From Methanobacteriota archaeon (GTDB lineage: Archaea > Halobacteriota > Bog-38 > Methanoflorentales > Methanoflorentaceae), in NCBI GenBank assembly GCA_963719035.1, contig CAVRAO010000002.1, positions 752,198 to 816,197 on the forward strand: a stretch of 64,000 bases of DNA, given 5' to 3'. The notes below the pieces were generated by a model. The model saw only the letters and a program-made list of their open reading frames with translations, did no database searches and had not been told where the DNA came from. Positions 1 to 13,634 of this stretch are shown here, piece by piece (position 1 is the stretch's first letter; every line of letters begins with the position of its first letter). The translations under genes and the position numbers were made by a program.

Positions 1-935
1 CGGAGCAACGGCGGTGCGCCGTCGGCGCGCCAGCGCTGTGGCGTTTATCCCGATCACAAAGGCCGCTATAGAAAGAAGGATGATCGTGTACTTTACGTTA
101 TCGTCTGCGTTGACGCGGTCATACAGGAGGCTCCACACGGGCTGCGAGGCCCGGTGCGACTCGTCGAAAAGATCGGGACGGCGGCGTTGCCTCCCGTGAG
201 GTTCGCGATCAAGGCGGTAAGGAGCTTCTGGTTGTCAGCCTGTCCGAGCATGCCGTTGATGAACACGCTCGGATCAGAGAGAAGGACGATGCGCCCCTTG
301 CCGTACGCGAGCGTGGCAAGCACCGGGTGGGCGCCCGTGCTTCCGGCGATCGGCGCGTTGTCGCCGCCTGCAGCGCGCAGGTAGCTCGTTGGCGCGCTCC
401 GCGCAAGCACGGTAACGTTGGAAGCGGCGGTGTCCAGGGTCGTCCCGTAGTTGAAGTACAGGGTTTGCACGCCCGCGGTGAGGCCAGACGCCCTAATATC
501 CGTTACCAGCGGGTGCGCCTCGTCGACCCCCTTGCTGACGTTGTCCGACAGCAGCGAACCGTTGAAGCGCACCGCGTTCGCCACCCCCAGTCCGCTGAGG
601 ACCGCGTTGGCGTTGCCAAAATCGTTGGCGAGAACGAGTGAGCCTCCGTTTCGGACGAAGCTCTGAAGGGCGCGCGTGTCCGCGTCGGTGACCGCCACCG
701 TCTTATTCGGGTTGAGCATGAAGAGCACCCCGCTGCCTGAGCTGCCGACCTCGCTCAGGGCGAAGAGGTCGCGGGTGCCGTAGCCCTCACCGGCGGCGAG
801 GTCCTTCGCGTGCGACGCCCCGTTCCAGTCACCGTTGTACGTGCTGAAGTCCTCTTTAGTCGTGTTGAGCAGCGTCACGCTGATCAGGAGTGCGGCGGCG
901 ATGACGGCCGCGATGAGAAGGTAGCCGCGCTTCAC
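1..935 (-). CDS. DUF4350-type domain protein (N-terminal TM/signal; apparent frameshift near 170; runs off window start)
   Basis: ORF 93..935 has 'DFSTYNGDWNGAS', 'FVRNGGSLVLANDFG' and 'GKGRIVLLSDPSVFINGML', typical of archaeal DUF4350 proteins. An alternative frame continues 'FDESHR...TIILLSIAAFVIG' to the window edge. Confidence 0.75.
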
Positions 936-2701
936 GGACGCCCCTCCGCGCTTTTGACGTGGCGATGCAGCGAGTCATACGCGCTGAGCGCCGCGTCACG
1001 CCGTGCCTGGGTGAACGATCGGCCGCCGTAGTTGGCGAGTTCGTAGGCGGTGGTCAGCTCTCGCAAGGGGGCGTTCACGTCGGGCAGCGCCGCCTTAATC
1101 GCCCAGAATTTTTCCCAGTACGTCATGTGCGCGGCGAGGCGGACACGGGTGGCCACCGACAGAGACGCCACGGCCGCATCGAACAGCGTTCGAGTGGCCG
1201 ACTCGTCATCTCCTTGCGCGAACGCGTGGCGCGCTTGGTCGCGTGCGGCGTACCAATCGATGGTAGGTTCAGGCGTTGTCGTCGTCGGCGGCGTGGGTGC
1301 CACGGGTCGCGCCGCGCGTCCGCCCATAGCGGGGGCTTCAGCGGGCGCAGATGCCGCCTCTACTACCGGCGCGCGTCTGCCGACCCTGCGACTATAGAAG
1401 AAAATGCCAAGGAGCGCGACGAGTGTGACGACGACGATAATGCCGTAGACCGCCATCAAATCGGCGGGGACGTGCACGGCTGCGCTCTCGCTGCGATCGA
1501 GCGGCAGGCCAGTTGGATCAAAGACCGTGTACGCGGTGGCGCCGTTGAGCACAGCGGGCATGTAGAGACCGGTGGCCGGGACGGAGAACGCGTACGTGCC
1601 GTTTTGATCAGTTAGCGTCTGCGCGACGTTGGCGTCCCCTACGAAGAGAGAGCACCGTGGCGTTCGTGACGGGTCCGTTCGGCGTCTTGAGCTGACCCCG
1701 TGCCTGCAGATCGCTGCCGAGCGCGATGCTGCTCGATAAGACGCTGAGGGTGTTGGTGACCGGTGATTTGGCGACGGAGAAGTTGAGTTTCGGGCTTTGC
1801 GCGGGGTTGTACGGGACATTTACCGGCGCGTACTTGGCAAACGCGACGTGCGTTCCGGGCGCGAGCGTCCTGATAACGAACGGATACGCGTATGACCCCG
1901 TCGCGTTCGTACGCACCGTTGCCACCGTCGCGTTGTCGACGTGGATCTCAACGACGCCGTTTATGCCGCCCGTTTGGTTGTCCTGCAGACTGCCCGCGAG
2001 CACGACGCGGTCGCCGTAGGCCGTGCTGTTCTTGTTACCCGTCAGCGTGAGAGTCGGAGTCAGGAATACGCTCGTGGTGACGTTCGCAAGGCGGCTGTCG
2101 ACCTGCTTTGTATATGCGTTGAAGAGCGCCGTGCTGTTGCCATACTGGGAAAGGTCGAGTCCGTTGTTCACGGCAACGCCGTAGATGTCCGCGTTACGCC
2201 CTTCTATGGTGGTCTCGAGCCCCTTGAGCGTGGTGCTAAGCGCCTTCATCTCGAGCGCGTTCGCGATTGAGCCGTTACTGCGTGCGGCTACCGCGAGCGA
2301 GGCCCGTTTCGTTCACGTACAGGTCGTTGTAGCGTTGTGCGTCTCTTGATAAAGGTGGCGAAGTCGTCGCGTGACGCGGCCATGGCAGCCATCGACCGTG
2401 TCCTGCTGGGGGTTGTTCGCGGCGGCGTTCAAGCTGTCAATCGTGCTGTTGTACGCTGGCAAGCAGCGCGTTCGCGTTGGAGAAGTTGCGCCTGCGTCAC
2501 GTTGGCGATGATGCCGTTTGAATCAGTGGCAAGCGCCGCAAAGAGCGTGAGCTGCGCAGGGAAGTCAAACCCGCCACTCGGCGCAGGACTCACCTGCGTG
2601 TGTGAGGGCACGTCTTGCGCCGCGGCAGCCCCCGTGGCGATGAGCAGAAAAATGAGACACACAGCACACGATGTTCGAGCGAGCTGTCGTTGATAGCGCA
2701 A
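932..2701 (-). CDS. Secreted/membrane-anchored Ig-like domain protein with C-terminal DUF4129-like domain (frameshifted pieces)
   Basis: Signal-like N-terminus (2429..2701), Ig-like beta segments ('VATVRTNATGSY', 1608..2249), a TM helix and 'LRELTTAYELANYG' C-terminus (932..1819). Adjacent to the DUF4350 gene, as commonly seen. Confidence 0.65.
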
Positions 2702-2937
2702 AGATTACCCCCAAAGTGAACACTGAACCGAGTGATCTAGCAGAAACTAGCACAAAGGAAGTATAAAAATGCTCCTTCATCCGCTCGATGGAAACAGAAC
2801 CGATCCACCGGCCAATGAGCGTGTCGAGCTCTGAACGACGGGAAAAAGAAGGTGCGCCGCCCGGCTTGGGAAGCTGCATGCGACTGACGAGACGAGGATC
2901 GCGTCCGCCGGACGTTGGGCCGCGAGTTGCCCTGAGC

Positions 2938-3225
2938 TTAGTGCAAGAACGGAAGCGCCTGTTGAACTATCAGGATCACAAAAACGATGAGGCATATAAC
3001 CATAAAGGCAACGATGTTCCTTCTCCAACCTGCCCGAAAACGTGGATCCGTGAGTTCAATTACGCCGAGGAATTCAATTACGAGGAGCACGATGAAGATC
3101 TGAACAGTATAGACCTGAAGCACAATCAGTGCAAAGATGGTAACAAAGACCAGCGTCAATAGGGCGTACACAAAGCGCTGCTCCTGCGTCAGCTTGGTAC
3201 CCAGAACTGCATCGCGGCACAACAT
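2938..3225 (-). CDS. Small membrane protein
   Basis: 95-aa ORF with three hydrophobic segments, co-oriented directly downstream of the DUF1616 gene. Confidence 0.6.
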   Translation of the reverse strand: MLCRDAVLGTKLTQEQRFVYALLTLVFVTIFALIVLQVYTVQIFIVLLVIEFLGVIELTDPRFRAGWRRNIVAFMVICLIVFVILIVQQALPFLH

Positions 3226-3236
3226 TGACAGCGATG

Positions 3237-4201
3237 CTATAAAAACGTGGCCGTTTGTACAATCTCCGGAAAGCCGAAACGAATACAGAGCGCATAGTCG
3301 TTGTTCTCGCCCTGATTGGGACCGTGTTAGCGACCGCTTGTGACGTTTGTGACCAAGTAGGCCTCTCTATAGGGGGTTGTCATACTGTCGTCACGGTACA
3401 GCAGAAAGTCAAGCCGCTCGTTGTTGCCGGAGCGATTAGGCGTTAACGATATCGCTTTTTCAGACGTTTGACCGTCGCCAACCATCTGCCGTCCGGATAC
3501 AGGGTGGTGGAGTTTTGCGTATCATTGAGGCTGACGATGAGCGTGTAGGTCACGTCGCGGTTTTCGTGATTGACGATCCCAACGACTGCTGATTGCGCCT
3601 GCCCAACTGTTAAGTTTGCAGGGTACCCCTGCATCTTGCCAGTGGGTCCTAGAAGGTAGAACTCGGTGTAGCTTTCGCGCGGAGCAGGAGTGACGAGAGA
3701 GTAGCCCAACGCTGATGCTGAGAAAATGATAGAAAGGCCGAGGATGACGAGCAAGCCGCGCTGTAACCGGTTGTAATTGCTCAGCCGGAGGCCTCTTGCC
3801 AACGTTAAAACGGTGCCGAAGTCAAAAGAGAATCGTTCCTGCCGCGGGAGCGCGTGCCTTCGGGCGTAAGCGATGAGCACTGTTGCGATGACGACAAGAA
3901 AGATGCCCGTCACAATTGATAGCACCGTGAGGGCCCATTGGGTAAAGTTGAGGAAGAAACGCTGTCAACGGCACGACTGCAATGCTAAGCCCAAATGAGA
4001 ATCCCACGCGTTCTAAACCGGAAATGTCGGTTTTGCCCGGAAAAAGGGCAGCAACGAGGGAATAGCCAGGCACGAAGAGTAGTACAGGCGTCTCAATTAC
4101 GGCGCGAATGGCGGTGCCGCTCAGTTGAGGCACTGCGCCGAACGCGAGCCCGACCAATGCTATAGCAACTGCAACTACAGATCCCCATCTGATTTAGCCA
4201 T
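3237..4201 (-). CDS. DUF1616 domain membrane protein (frameshifted)
   Basis: 'LLFVPGYSLVAALFPGKTDISGLERVGFSFGLSIAVVPL' and 'ESYTEFYLLGPTGKMQGYP...GIVNHE...Y' across ORFs 3822..4157 and 3443..3925. Ends are approximate. Confidence 0.8.
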
Positions 4202-4340
4202 GGCGTCTGAGTGGTTTGCACAAAGTTGTGAGCCTCGATTCTTGTACAACGCTTCTAAACGCTTAAGTTTATGCTTCAGGTTGGTAGTCTGCTGGCCCTG
4301 TGATGGATATGCCGCCCAAACGCGTGCCGCTTTTTTTCCT

Positions 4341-6272
4341 TCAGCGGCTTTTCAGCCAATAGTCGAGTCGATTTGCCAAATAACTATTTTCATATCCAGC
4401 GACTAACCCGCCATCGTAAACGCGCGCTCCCAAACTAGTCGTGTTTCCCTGTGGCGGAGTGAACGTGTCATTGACCGGAATGACGCCGACGTGATAAAAG
4501 CCGTCTAGCGTGTAGTTGGTGCCAGCTGCGCCGCTAATGAGAAGCAGCGCGTTAGAGGTGCTGTGTTTCGTTTGATTCGCGGCGATTAAGTCGGCATAGT
4601 AGTAGAAGCGCGAAGCTTGGATATAGGCGGTATCGCTGATAGTGTCATTGTTGCTCTTGTGAACGGTAGTATTTATTGCCGACAGCTCCGAGCTCGTGAG
4701 CGAGTAGCGCTCCCAGGGGGGGCTGCCTAGCAGGTGGTTATCGACGTTGCCGTCGGGCTCAGAACCATGATAAGTGCCAGGAAGGCCACAGCCGCGCTTA
4801 AGAAGAGCGATTTCGCTTTCATGTTGCGCGTATATTTGGACATACCAGCAGCGTGACTCCCAGCGGCACAGCATATAGTATCTGAGATAAAAAGACCCAC
4901 CTTTCCGGTACAAGAAAAGCTCCGAATGCTCTCGAAAAGCCGAGGATCGCGGGGATTACACCAACTGCTATAAAGACGAATGCGCGCGGGCTGCCGAACT
5001 TCTTCGAAATCATATAGAAACAACCGATGAGGGCGAGCGCAAGAAATGCGCATATGCCGGCTGCCCGGAGTGATAGCTCCCACAGAGGTTGACTCGGAAG
5101 ATAGACGACATGAGCCGTTGAAAAAGGTGCTGAACTGCGAGTAATAAACCCAGCTTGCGATAGACTTGAACGAGCCTGATGCATACGCCCACCACCCTAA
5201 CATCGCCACAATGAAACCCGTTGCGAGGGTGAGTGAAAGTATGGTCCGCGGAGCGCGGTCGTTCAGCTTTCGGTAAAAGAGCGCGGCTATCAGGCCTGAC
5301 AGAAGTATGAGTGCCATCGCCATTGCTGAGAGTGTATGGGTCAATATGAGCGTGCTAATGACAATCAAAATGACAATCAGATTGCTGCCCCTGTTTCGGC
5401 CCCAGATCGTGAAGAGCATGTATAGCGAAACAACCAAGAGGGTGGCCCCCAACGTATTAGGCACTGCTGCGAATCCGAAGTAAATGAATTCGTTTGCCAC
5501 AACAAGTAATAATCCCCCGAGCAGCCCTGGCCTGGCGTTTATCAGCGATTTTCCAAAGAGAAAAGTGAACAGCACGGCGATGATTACGAGGGAGGCTCCC
5601 ACTGACAGCGTCGCGGCCCACTTGTAATCGAGGGAGGTCAGGAGCGAAGTACCGGCGACTTCGAGGTTCAACATGGGGAGAGCCCCGTATGTGCGCGTAT
5701 AAAGGCCGGGATACTGGCTCACCGTCGGAATATGCGCCCAGCGAAGGATCTGCCACGTGAACTGCTCAAATCCCCAGGAATCCGGTCCCACAACGTTGGG
5801 GAAGATGACCAACTGGGAGATCTGCGAAAGAACTCCGACCGTTATTATTTGCGTCAAAGTGAGGACGGCGCTTCTCGCAGTGGCGTTATACGCTATCACC
5901 TCAAGGGCAATCGCTCCCGCCATAAGCGCGACGAAAACAAAATAAGCAAGGGGACGGACGTAGACCTCGGGTCGGAGGTGCACCGAGAGAATCGCACATC
6001 CGAAAAAAACGAAAAAGAGGACGTTTCCGAGCAGGAACAAGGTTTGATTATCCGGCGGGTTCAGGTCTTTTAGAGAGTTGTCACTCCGCACGCGTAGCCA
6101 AACGACGTAGTACAATGAACCCGATTGAACCAAGAAAAAGATAGTAGGTGTTGTTCGCAAGTGAGGTGGGATTGCTAAGTGCAATCACGCCTGCAACAAC
6201 ATCTGCTGCGGAGAGCACTGCACCAGCTAAAGCGAGAAGCCGATCATTTCCGCCTGTGTTACGCAGTTTCAT
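4341..6272 (-). CDS. Multi-pass membrane protein of archaeal glycan clusters (DUF2206/GT-C-like; frameshifted)
   Basis: More than 10 predicted TM segments over ORFs 6081..6272, 4727..6184, 4819..5184 and 4341..4913, with 'GPDSWGF', 'LILTHTLS' and C-terminal 'RVYDGG' motifs. Confidence 0.55.
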
Positions 6273-6860
6273 CGTTGGGCTTCCTCACCTTTGCTTACGC
6301 TTCATAGATTTCGCGCGAATGCGCGTCGCGAAGGTTATAGCGGGCGCGGGGCTCTCATCCACGCCTGTAGGGTTCGTCATTCGCTATGAATCTTCAACTA
6401 CTTAACGCTTCACACCTTCCCCCCGCATCGAACGTGTGCTTCGCCTGCAAAAGCTTTCTTCTTAAGCGTTTATACTAATCGAAGCAGCACATAACTGGTT
6501 TTGTCGCCGACTACATAGTGAGCTACTTTTAGCGTTGAATCGATGCTACGCACCGCCCCGCCCGCTGCCTAAGACGATTAATATCTGCTTTAAGCGAATT
6601 CAACTGCGGCGATAAGGTCACACATTTTGACGGATTTCCAACCGATTTCGCTCTAGGCGACCGTCCGACCCGCTATAACTTCGTGCAATTTCTTTTCTTC
6701 GTGGTGGAGCTTTAGAGATCGGGTTGATGGGCTTCTTCGCCTAGTATCGTTCGGCGAAGCAAATTGATGCAACGCCGATAAAGCTGCCTGTGGGTAAATC
6801 AGCAAATCGTGCCAAAAAAAACGTAGAGGGATCCGCAACGCGTTTCAAGCAGGAAGACGC

Positions 6861-9800
6861 TTAAGTGGTGCCGACGGTGACGCGGAGGCCGGCTTTGGAA
6901 GCGGCGTTGGAGGTGTCGCCGTAGAAGGTCGCTTGGTAGAGGTAGGTGCCCTGGGTGGCCTCGCTGTGGGTGAAGGTGTAGCCCCCTGAGGAGTTGGTGG
7001 TAACGGTGGCAGGGGTAGACCATTGTCCGTTAGGGTCCTGTTGGACGAGGGCGATCGTTTTGCCGGCGAGGGGGGTGCCCGTTGAGGTGGCCTTGAGGGT
7101 GCCCGAGAGGGTGAAGGAGTTGCCTATGGCGGGGATGGCATTAGACGTTTTAATAGAGAGGGTCGTGGCTTGGAGCGTGCCGACGGTGACGCGGAGGCCG
7201 GCTTTGGAAGCGGCGTTGGAGGAGTCGCCGTAGAAGGTCGCTGGTAGAGGTAGGTGCCCTGGGTGGCCTCGCTGTGGGTGAAGGTGTAGCCCCCTGAGGA
7301 GTTGGTGGTAACGGTGGCAGGGGTAGACCATTGTCCGTTAGGGTCCTGTTGGACGAGGGCGATCGTTTTGCCGGCGAGGGGGGTGCCCGTTGAGGTGGCC
7401 TTGAGGGTGCCCGAGAGGGTGAAGGAGTTGCCTATGGCGGGGATGGCATTAGACGTTTTAATAGAGAGGGTCGTGGCTTGGAGCGTGCCGACGGTGACGC
7501 GGAGGCCGGCTTTGGAAGCGGCGTTGGAGGTGTCGCCGTCGAAACCTGCCTGGTAGAGATAAGCGTCTTGAGTCCCCTCACTGAGCGTGAAGGTGTAGGC
7601 ACCGTTAACGTCTGTGGTCGCAATGACGCCGAGGTTGGACCATCGGCCGGCGGAGTTTTGTCGTTGGAGGACAATCGATTTGCCCGACAGAGGATCATTG
7701 TTAGCCTTGGCTTTTAGGGTACCCGAGAGTGTGAAGGACTGACCGACTGACGGGTTGGCGTTGGACGCTTTGAGAGAGAGCACGGTGGGTTGCAGCGTAC
7801 CGATGGCGACGCTGACACCAGAAGATTCGATGCTAAGATAGTCCTGATCGCCGGAAATTAGCGGTGTATTTGTAGGATCCACCCGAATCCTCGGCCCGCG
7901 TTAGTGTGTAGTAGCCGTTTGCATCGGTGTATCGTTGCGCGAGCAGTATCAAGTCCTGCCCACTGGGACTGTGCCGGTAGATTTCAAGCTGCTTATCGTG
8001 GAGGGGAATGCCGTTCGTATCGCGGAGTACCCTGAGAGCGTGAACACTTCGTTGATGGCCGGGTTGGAGTCTGACGTCGCGATGGAGATAGTGGCAGATT
8101 TAAGGGTGCCAACGCCAACTTGCGTCCTTCCCGATGAGCCGGCATACTGTGCGTCACCCTGGAACCAGAATTCATATCGATACGTGCCTGGAGTTGCTCC
8201 GTGTACGTGGCGACATAGCGGCCGTTAACGTCGGTCGTCGTGCTCCCGAGCGATTTCCAGGCCCCTGAGGGTAGGCGACATTGTTTGTCAATCTTCTTTC
8301 CTGACAGTCCTATTCCTTCTGCATTCATCAAATATCCGGTATACGTGAATGCTTGACCTACCGCTGGACTGCTATTAGAGACACTTATGGAAAGCGTGGT
8401 TGTTTGTAGGTTGCCGACGATCACCGGGTCGAGGACCATCGAGCTCATGCAAATAGGTTGTGTCGCCGTAGAAATCGACTGAATACACATAGGTGCCGGC
8501 GACAGATTCGCTATAGGCTAGCTCAAAGTAGCCGGAGGCATTGGTGGTTACGGTGCCGATAACCGTTGCTGCCGCGCAAGAGTTCTTGCGGCCGATTTGC
8601 ACGTGCTCCCCTGCGAGCGGAGCACCCGTGGTTCGTCTTGTAGCCATCCGAAAGGAGGGATGACTGGCTAACGGCAAGCGTAGTGTTCACCGTGAAGAGG
8701 CTCACCGTCGACTTTTTGAGATTGCCGATGTTAACGGACAGTGAGGCAGCGGATAGCGAGTAGGAGGCGTGCCCATTGAAACTGACGTAATACAAGTAGC
8801 TGCTTGGAGTGGCCTCGCTGCGGAAGAAACGATAGACGCCGTTAGTGTCGGTGGTGGCGGTCCCAAGATTAGTCCACTGCGCGCTTGCGTCTCTTCGGAG
8901 GAGGGCGATCGTTTTGCCGGCGAGGGGAGTGCCCGTTGAGGTGGCCTTGAGGGTGCCTGAGAGGTTGAATTCTTGGTTGGCGTTGGGGGTGGTGTTAGAG
9001 GCCGCGATGGACACGGTGGTCGATTGGAGCGTGCCGACGGTGACGCGGAGGCCGGCTTTGGAAGCGGCGTTGGAGGTGTCGCCGTAGAAGGTCGCTTGGT
9101 AGAGGTAGGTGCCCTGGGTGGCCTCGCTGTGGGTGAAGGTGTAGCCCCCTGAGGAGTTGGTGGTAACGGTGGCAGGGGTAGACCATTGTCCGTTAGGGTC
9201 CTGTTGGACGAGGGCGATCGTTTTGCCGGCGAGGGGGGTGCCCGTTGAGGTGGCCTTAAGGGTGCCCGAGAGGGTGAAGGAGTTGCCTATGGCGGGGATG
9301 GCATTAGACGTTTTAATAGAGAGGGTCGTGGCTTGGAGCGTGCCGACGGTGACGCGGAGGCCGGCTTTGGAAGCGGCGTTGGAGGTGTCGCCGTAGAAGG
9401 TCGCTTGGTAGAGGTAGGTGCCCTGGGTGGCCTCGCTGTGGGTGAAGGTTAGCCCCCTGAGGAGTTGGTGGTAACGGTGGCAGGGGTAGACCATTGTCCG
9501 TTAGGGTCCTGTTGGACGAGGGCGATCGTTTTGCCGGCGAGGGGGGTGCCCGTTGAGGTGCCTTGAGGGTGCCCGAGAGGGTGAAGGAGTTGCCTATGGC
9601 GGGATGGCATTAGACGTTTTAATAGAGAGGGTCGTGGCTTGGAGCGTGCCGACGGTGACGCGGAGGCCGGCTTTGGAAGCGGCGTTGGAGGTGTCGCCGT
9701 AGAAGGTCGCTTGGTAGAGGTAGGTGCCCTGGGTGGCCTCGCTGTGGGTGAAGGTGTAGCCCCCTGAGGAGTTGGTGGTAACGGTGGCAGGGGTAGACCA

Positions 9801-10181
9801 TTGTCCGTTAGGGTCCTGTTGGACGAGGGCGATCGTTTTGCCGGCGAGGGGGGTGCCCGTTGAGGTGGCCTTGAGGGTGCCCGAGAGGGTGAATTCTCGG
9901 TTGGCGTTGGGGGTGGTGTTAGAGGCCGCGATGGACAGGGTGGTTTCTTCAACCGACAACGAGGCGTCCCCCACCAGCTTGACTGTCGGTTGCTCCGATT
10001 TTGATACGTTGTCGGCTGATCCAAAGGTCAGCGGTTGATCATTCGCTTCGACCCGAGCTGCGTTGGACTGGCCATTTGCCAATGCAAAACTGGACTTTGT
10101 TCCAATGCACGATCCGACGTTGCACAATAACAAGATCGAAATCACAAGAGCGGCAGCGGCAACCTTTGTTTTTGTCGACAT
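6861..10181 (-). CDS. Large secreted surface protein with tandem ~103-aa Ig-like repeats (frameshifted)
   Basis: Signal peptide 'MSTKTKVAAAALVISILLLCNVG', then repeated 'FTLSGTLKATSTGTPLAGKTIALVQQDPNGQWSTPATVTTNSSGGYTFTHSEATQGTYLYQATFYGD' units plus diverged units; stop at 6861. Confidence 0.8.
6868..7530. repeat. Near-identical ~309-bp coding tandem repeat, array 1 (2 full units plus a partial)
   Basis: Anchor GTGCCGACGGTGACGCGGAGGCCGGCTTTGG at 6868, 7177 and 7485. Confidence 0.9.
9031..9940. repeat. Near-identical ~309-bp coding tandem repeat, array 2 (~3 units)
   Basis: Same anchor at 9031, 9340 and 9646. Confidence 0.9.
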
Positions 10182-10807
10182 TTACCCCGCTTCACCGAAG
10201 TGTCACACCGTTACGACGAGCGTCTCAAATTGCGTTTATTTTACTGAAGAATGGTTGAAATAGGACATAAACGTTTCTTTGTTGATTATTGTCAATATAG
10301 CCTTTTTTAGACAACTGCAAACGCAATTAACGCCGGTGCGCGCTCATTCCTGTTGAATACCAAGTCATTGGCACGCAACTTTCAAGAGTTGGTCCAGCGA
10401 TGTCAAACGCATAAGCGTTGCTTCACGATTCCGAGCATTCTGCGTGTGGCGAGGCTAAAGATCAATGCACGCCAATGGAATAATGCGCGCCGCATAATCG
10501 CACTGTTGAGGCGTCTAAGATCCTGAGGGAATCGCGGAAACGAACTCATTTATCAAAGTTCACCACAAATGAGGGAGCTGACACAGGTCAACTCTGCACG
10601 AAGCCAATACAGCTATAGCGCTCGCACAACTGCAATGAGTGTGATGCTTTCCAAACGCGTCTGAAGTTGCGCTGCGTGCTCAATAAGGCGTTTCGAAAAA
10701 CTCCACATCATTAAAAATGGAGCAAAGAGGATGGTCGTGACGCAAAATGGTCTCGAATCTCGGCGCCCCCCAAAAAGACTGGACACCGTGCACTCTTTGC
10801 TCAGCGA

Positions 10808-12241
10808 ATGGGGTTAACAGCAATAGCGAACATCGCTGTCGTTCTTAGTAACATCATTCTGCTCCCAATTCTAACCAAGACGCTTCCGATAGAGGCGTAT
10901 GGAAGTTGGTCTTTGGTGATGGTCACAACCAATCTTGTGCCGAGCTTCACGACTCTAGGGCTAACGATCTCCTTGGTCCGATTTCTGTCCGGATCAACGA
11001 ATAAGAAACACATTCAAGAGGGTTTCTATTCGATGGCATTTCTGATCTTGCTTACAATTACGATTGCCGCCGGGCTTTTCTTTGTGTTTGCGCGGCAAAT
11101 AGCCGCGAGTCTTTTTGGCGGCGATCTCACGGCTGCGTTGCTGCTGGCCCCAAACATCTTTTTGGCGTGCTTCATTTACTGGCTTCCCAACTACTTTCGG
11201 GCATTCCACCAGATAAAAAAGTTCGCGATTCTTATCGTTTCTCAAGCCTATCTAAATACGGCCCTCATCGGGTATTTTGTCCTGTCGGGCCAAGGGCTAA
11301 AGGGAGCGTTGATCGGACTTCTGGTCCAACAGCTATTCGAGTTGGTCGTTATCGCTTACGTCGTTACGCGCGAGATCGGCGTTATCATCCCTACATTTTC
11401 GTAGTATGTGAGAGATTACCTCAGCCTCGGCATACCCCTTGTTCCGTCAAGCATCTCCAGCTGGGTCGTAAGCTCAAGCGATCGCTATCTGATCGGCTTA
11501 TTACTTGGTATTACAGCAGTCGGCTATTATTCACCACCCTATGCTCTCGGGACTACCCTCATACTTGTCGCCTACCCCTTTTCACAGACGGTGGGCCCAG
11601 CGGTAACGAAGTATTACGAGCAGAATAACCTCGAGGAGGCACGGGTGATCTTGAAGTATTCATTTAATTGGTACGATTGTGGCATCGGGATACCGACCGT
11701 ATTTGCGTTATCTGTCTTTTCAAAGCCCCTGCTGATCATACTGACCACACAAGAGATAGCAACGAACGGATATTTGGTCACTCCTTTCGTTGCGCTCGGA
11801 GCAATGCTCTTTGGCGCGTATCAAGTGATCGGTCAGGGGATTACGTTGAAAAAGAAGACTATCCTCACAGGCATGATATGGACGCTAAGCGCTGGCGTAA
11901 ATCTTGGATTGAACTTGCTAGCCATCCCTTATTTTGGCATCGAGGGCGCTGCAGCGACTACGCTGCTGGCCTATTTGTGCGCTTTCGTGCTTGCGACGTT
12001 TTATTCGCTGAGATTATTTGCGTTCGACGTCAGCGGTAGATTCATTCTGAAGAGCGTTGGTGCCTCTATTGCTGGATCGATCATCCTTCTTTTATGGAAT
12101 CCATCTCGATTACCAAGCATATTTGCAGCCATTTTGCTCTTTGCAGCTCTCTATCTCGGTATGCTATTTTTGATGCGAGGTATCACCGTATATGAGATCA
12201 AATTCTTTCTGCGGGCGTTTGCTCGCGGGGAAGCTGCTTGA
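10808..12241 (+). CDS. Polysaccharide/oligosaccharide flippase (Wzx/RfbX-like; frameshift near 11404)
   Basis: 'LLPILTKTL..EAYG', 'LGL..SLVRF' and 'SDRYLIGLLLG..AVGYYS' motifs with 12-14 TM segments. Confidence 0.85.
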
Positions 12242-12699
12242 CAGTTGGGCTGACAGTAATTGCTCACCGAGATTGAAACTGGGCCCTAGGCTTTCCTGTC
12301 TCATTCATTTAGCTCCTCAGGAGTTCCCAACCAATCGGCAAGCGATCTCCGGACGAGAGTAGCAAAAAGAAGCGGTACCCAATCAACCCTAAAGGCGACG
12401 GGAAAAATGATCGATTGGAGTGTTACGTCAACCATCGCGATTACGGACTGCGGCCACGAGCATCGCAATCAGATTCGGCACGAAGCACTCCCTGCACTGT
12501 CAACGGCCGATTTCAGAAGGAAGGGCAGAACGGGGACAAAACGACCTGGGCAAAATAAAAGCGATACATACTTCAAGTTCTTATTCGCAGAAAGACCAAC
12601 ATAATCATACCACGCCACATTTCAGTGACTTGCCGCACGTGCATCGGCCGCTAGTTCGCTGAAAATCATTAGGAGTGTGCAAAAAATGTGGGGAGTTAA

Positions 12700-13634
12700 A
12701 TGCGGGCATTAGTCACGGGATGCGCAGGATTCATCGGGTCGCACCTCACGGATAGACTTTTGCGAGAGGGTTGCGAGGTCATTGGAATTGACTGTTTCGC
12801 CGATTATTACTCTCGAGAACTAAAAGAAAAAAATTTAGAGTTAGCCAAAGAGTTTGAAAACTTCACGTTTGTCAAGAAAGACATTCTAAAGGTGCACGAG
12901 TTCCCAAAAGTGGGATGACGTTTTTCACATGGCAGCACAACCGGGCGTCCGTGCATCGTGGGGTAAGAATTTCACAGCGTATTCACGAAACAACATTGAA
13001 GCAACGCAGTGGCTCCTTGAGTTTTACGCATCCGAGCGCATTAATAAGTTTATATATTCCTCATCTTCTTCAGTATATGGTGACTCCACGCTGCCGATGC
13101 GGGAGGACTCCCTGCCCAAGCCCATCTCACCTTACGGTGTCACCAAGTTAGCAGCTGAGCATCTCTGCTATCTGTACTGGAAAAGCTTCAACGTCCCAAC
13201 GGTCTCGCTGCGCTATTTTACGGGTGTACGGTCCAAGACAACGCCCTGACATGGCAATTCATAGATTCATAGCAGCACTAGAGAGCGAAGCAACGATAGC
13301 TGTTTACGGAGACGGAACGCAGACGAGGGACTTCACTTATATAAGTGACGTTATTGAGGCCCTCGTATTGGCTGGTAAAGCTCAGTTCTGTGGTGAGACG
13401 TTTAATGTAGGCGGCGGGACCCAGATAAGCGTAAACGAGCTTATCGCAAAAATCGAGCATATCACCCAAAAGGATGCTCACGTAGAACGCTTTGCGAATC
13501 AGAAAGGCGATGTAAAAAACACGCAGGCGGACATAAGCAAGGCCGAGGACTTGTTAGGTTGGACACCGCACACTCCGATCGACGAGGGGCTTGAAGCGTA
13601 TGCTCGCTGGTGCAGCGAACGTCGCAGGAGATAG
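12700..13634 (+). CDS. NAD-dependent nucleotide-sugar epimerase/dehydratase (2 frameshifts)
   Basis: '[13 protein letters not shown]', '[10 protein letters not shown]', 'SSSSVYG', 'PYGVTK', '[10 protein letters not shown]' and 'QTRDFTY'. Confidence 0.9.

Noticed and set aside
6861-9940. CRISPR array or DGR repeats
   Set aside because: The units are ~309-bp in-frame protein-coding repeats with no spacers and no A-specific variation.
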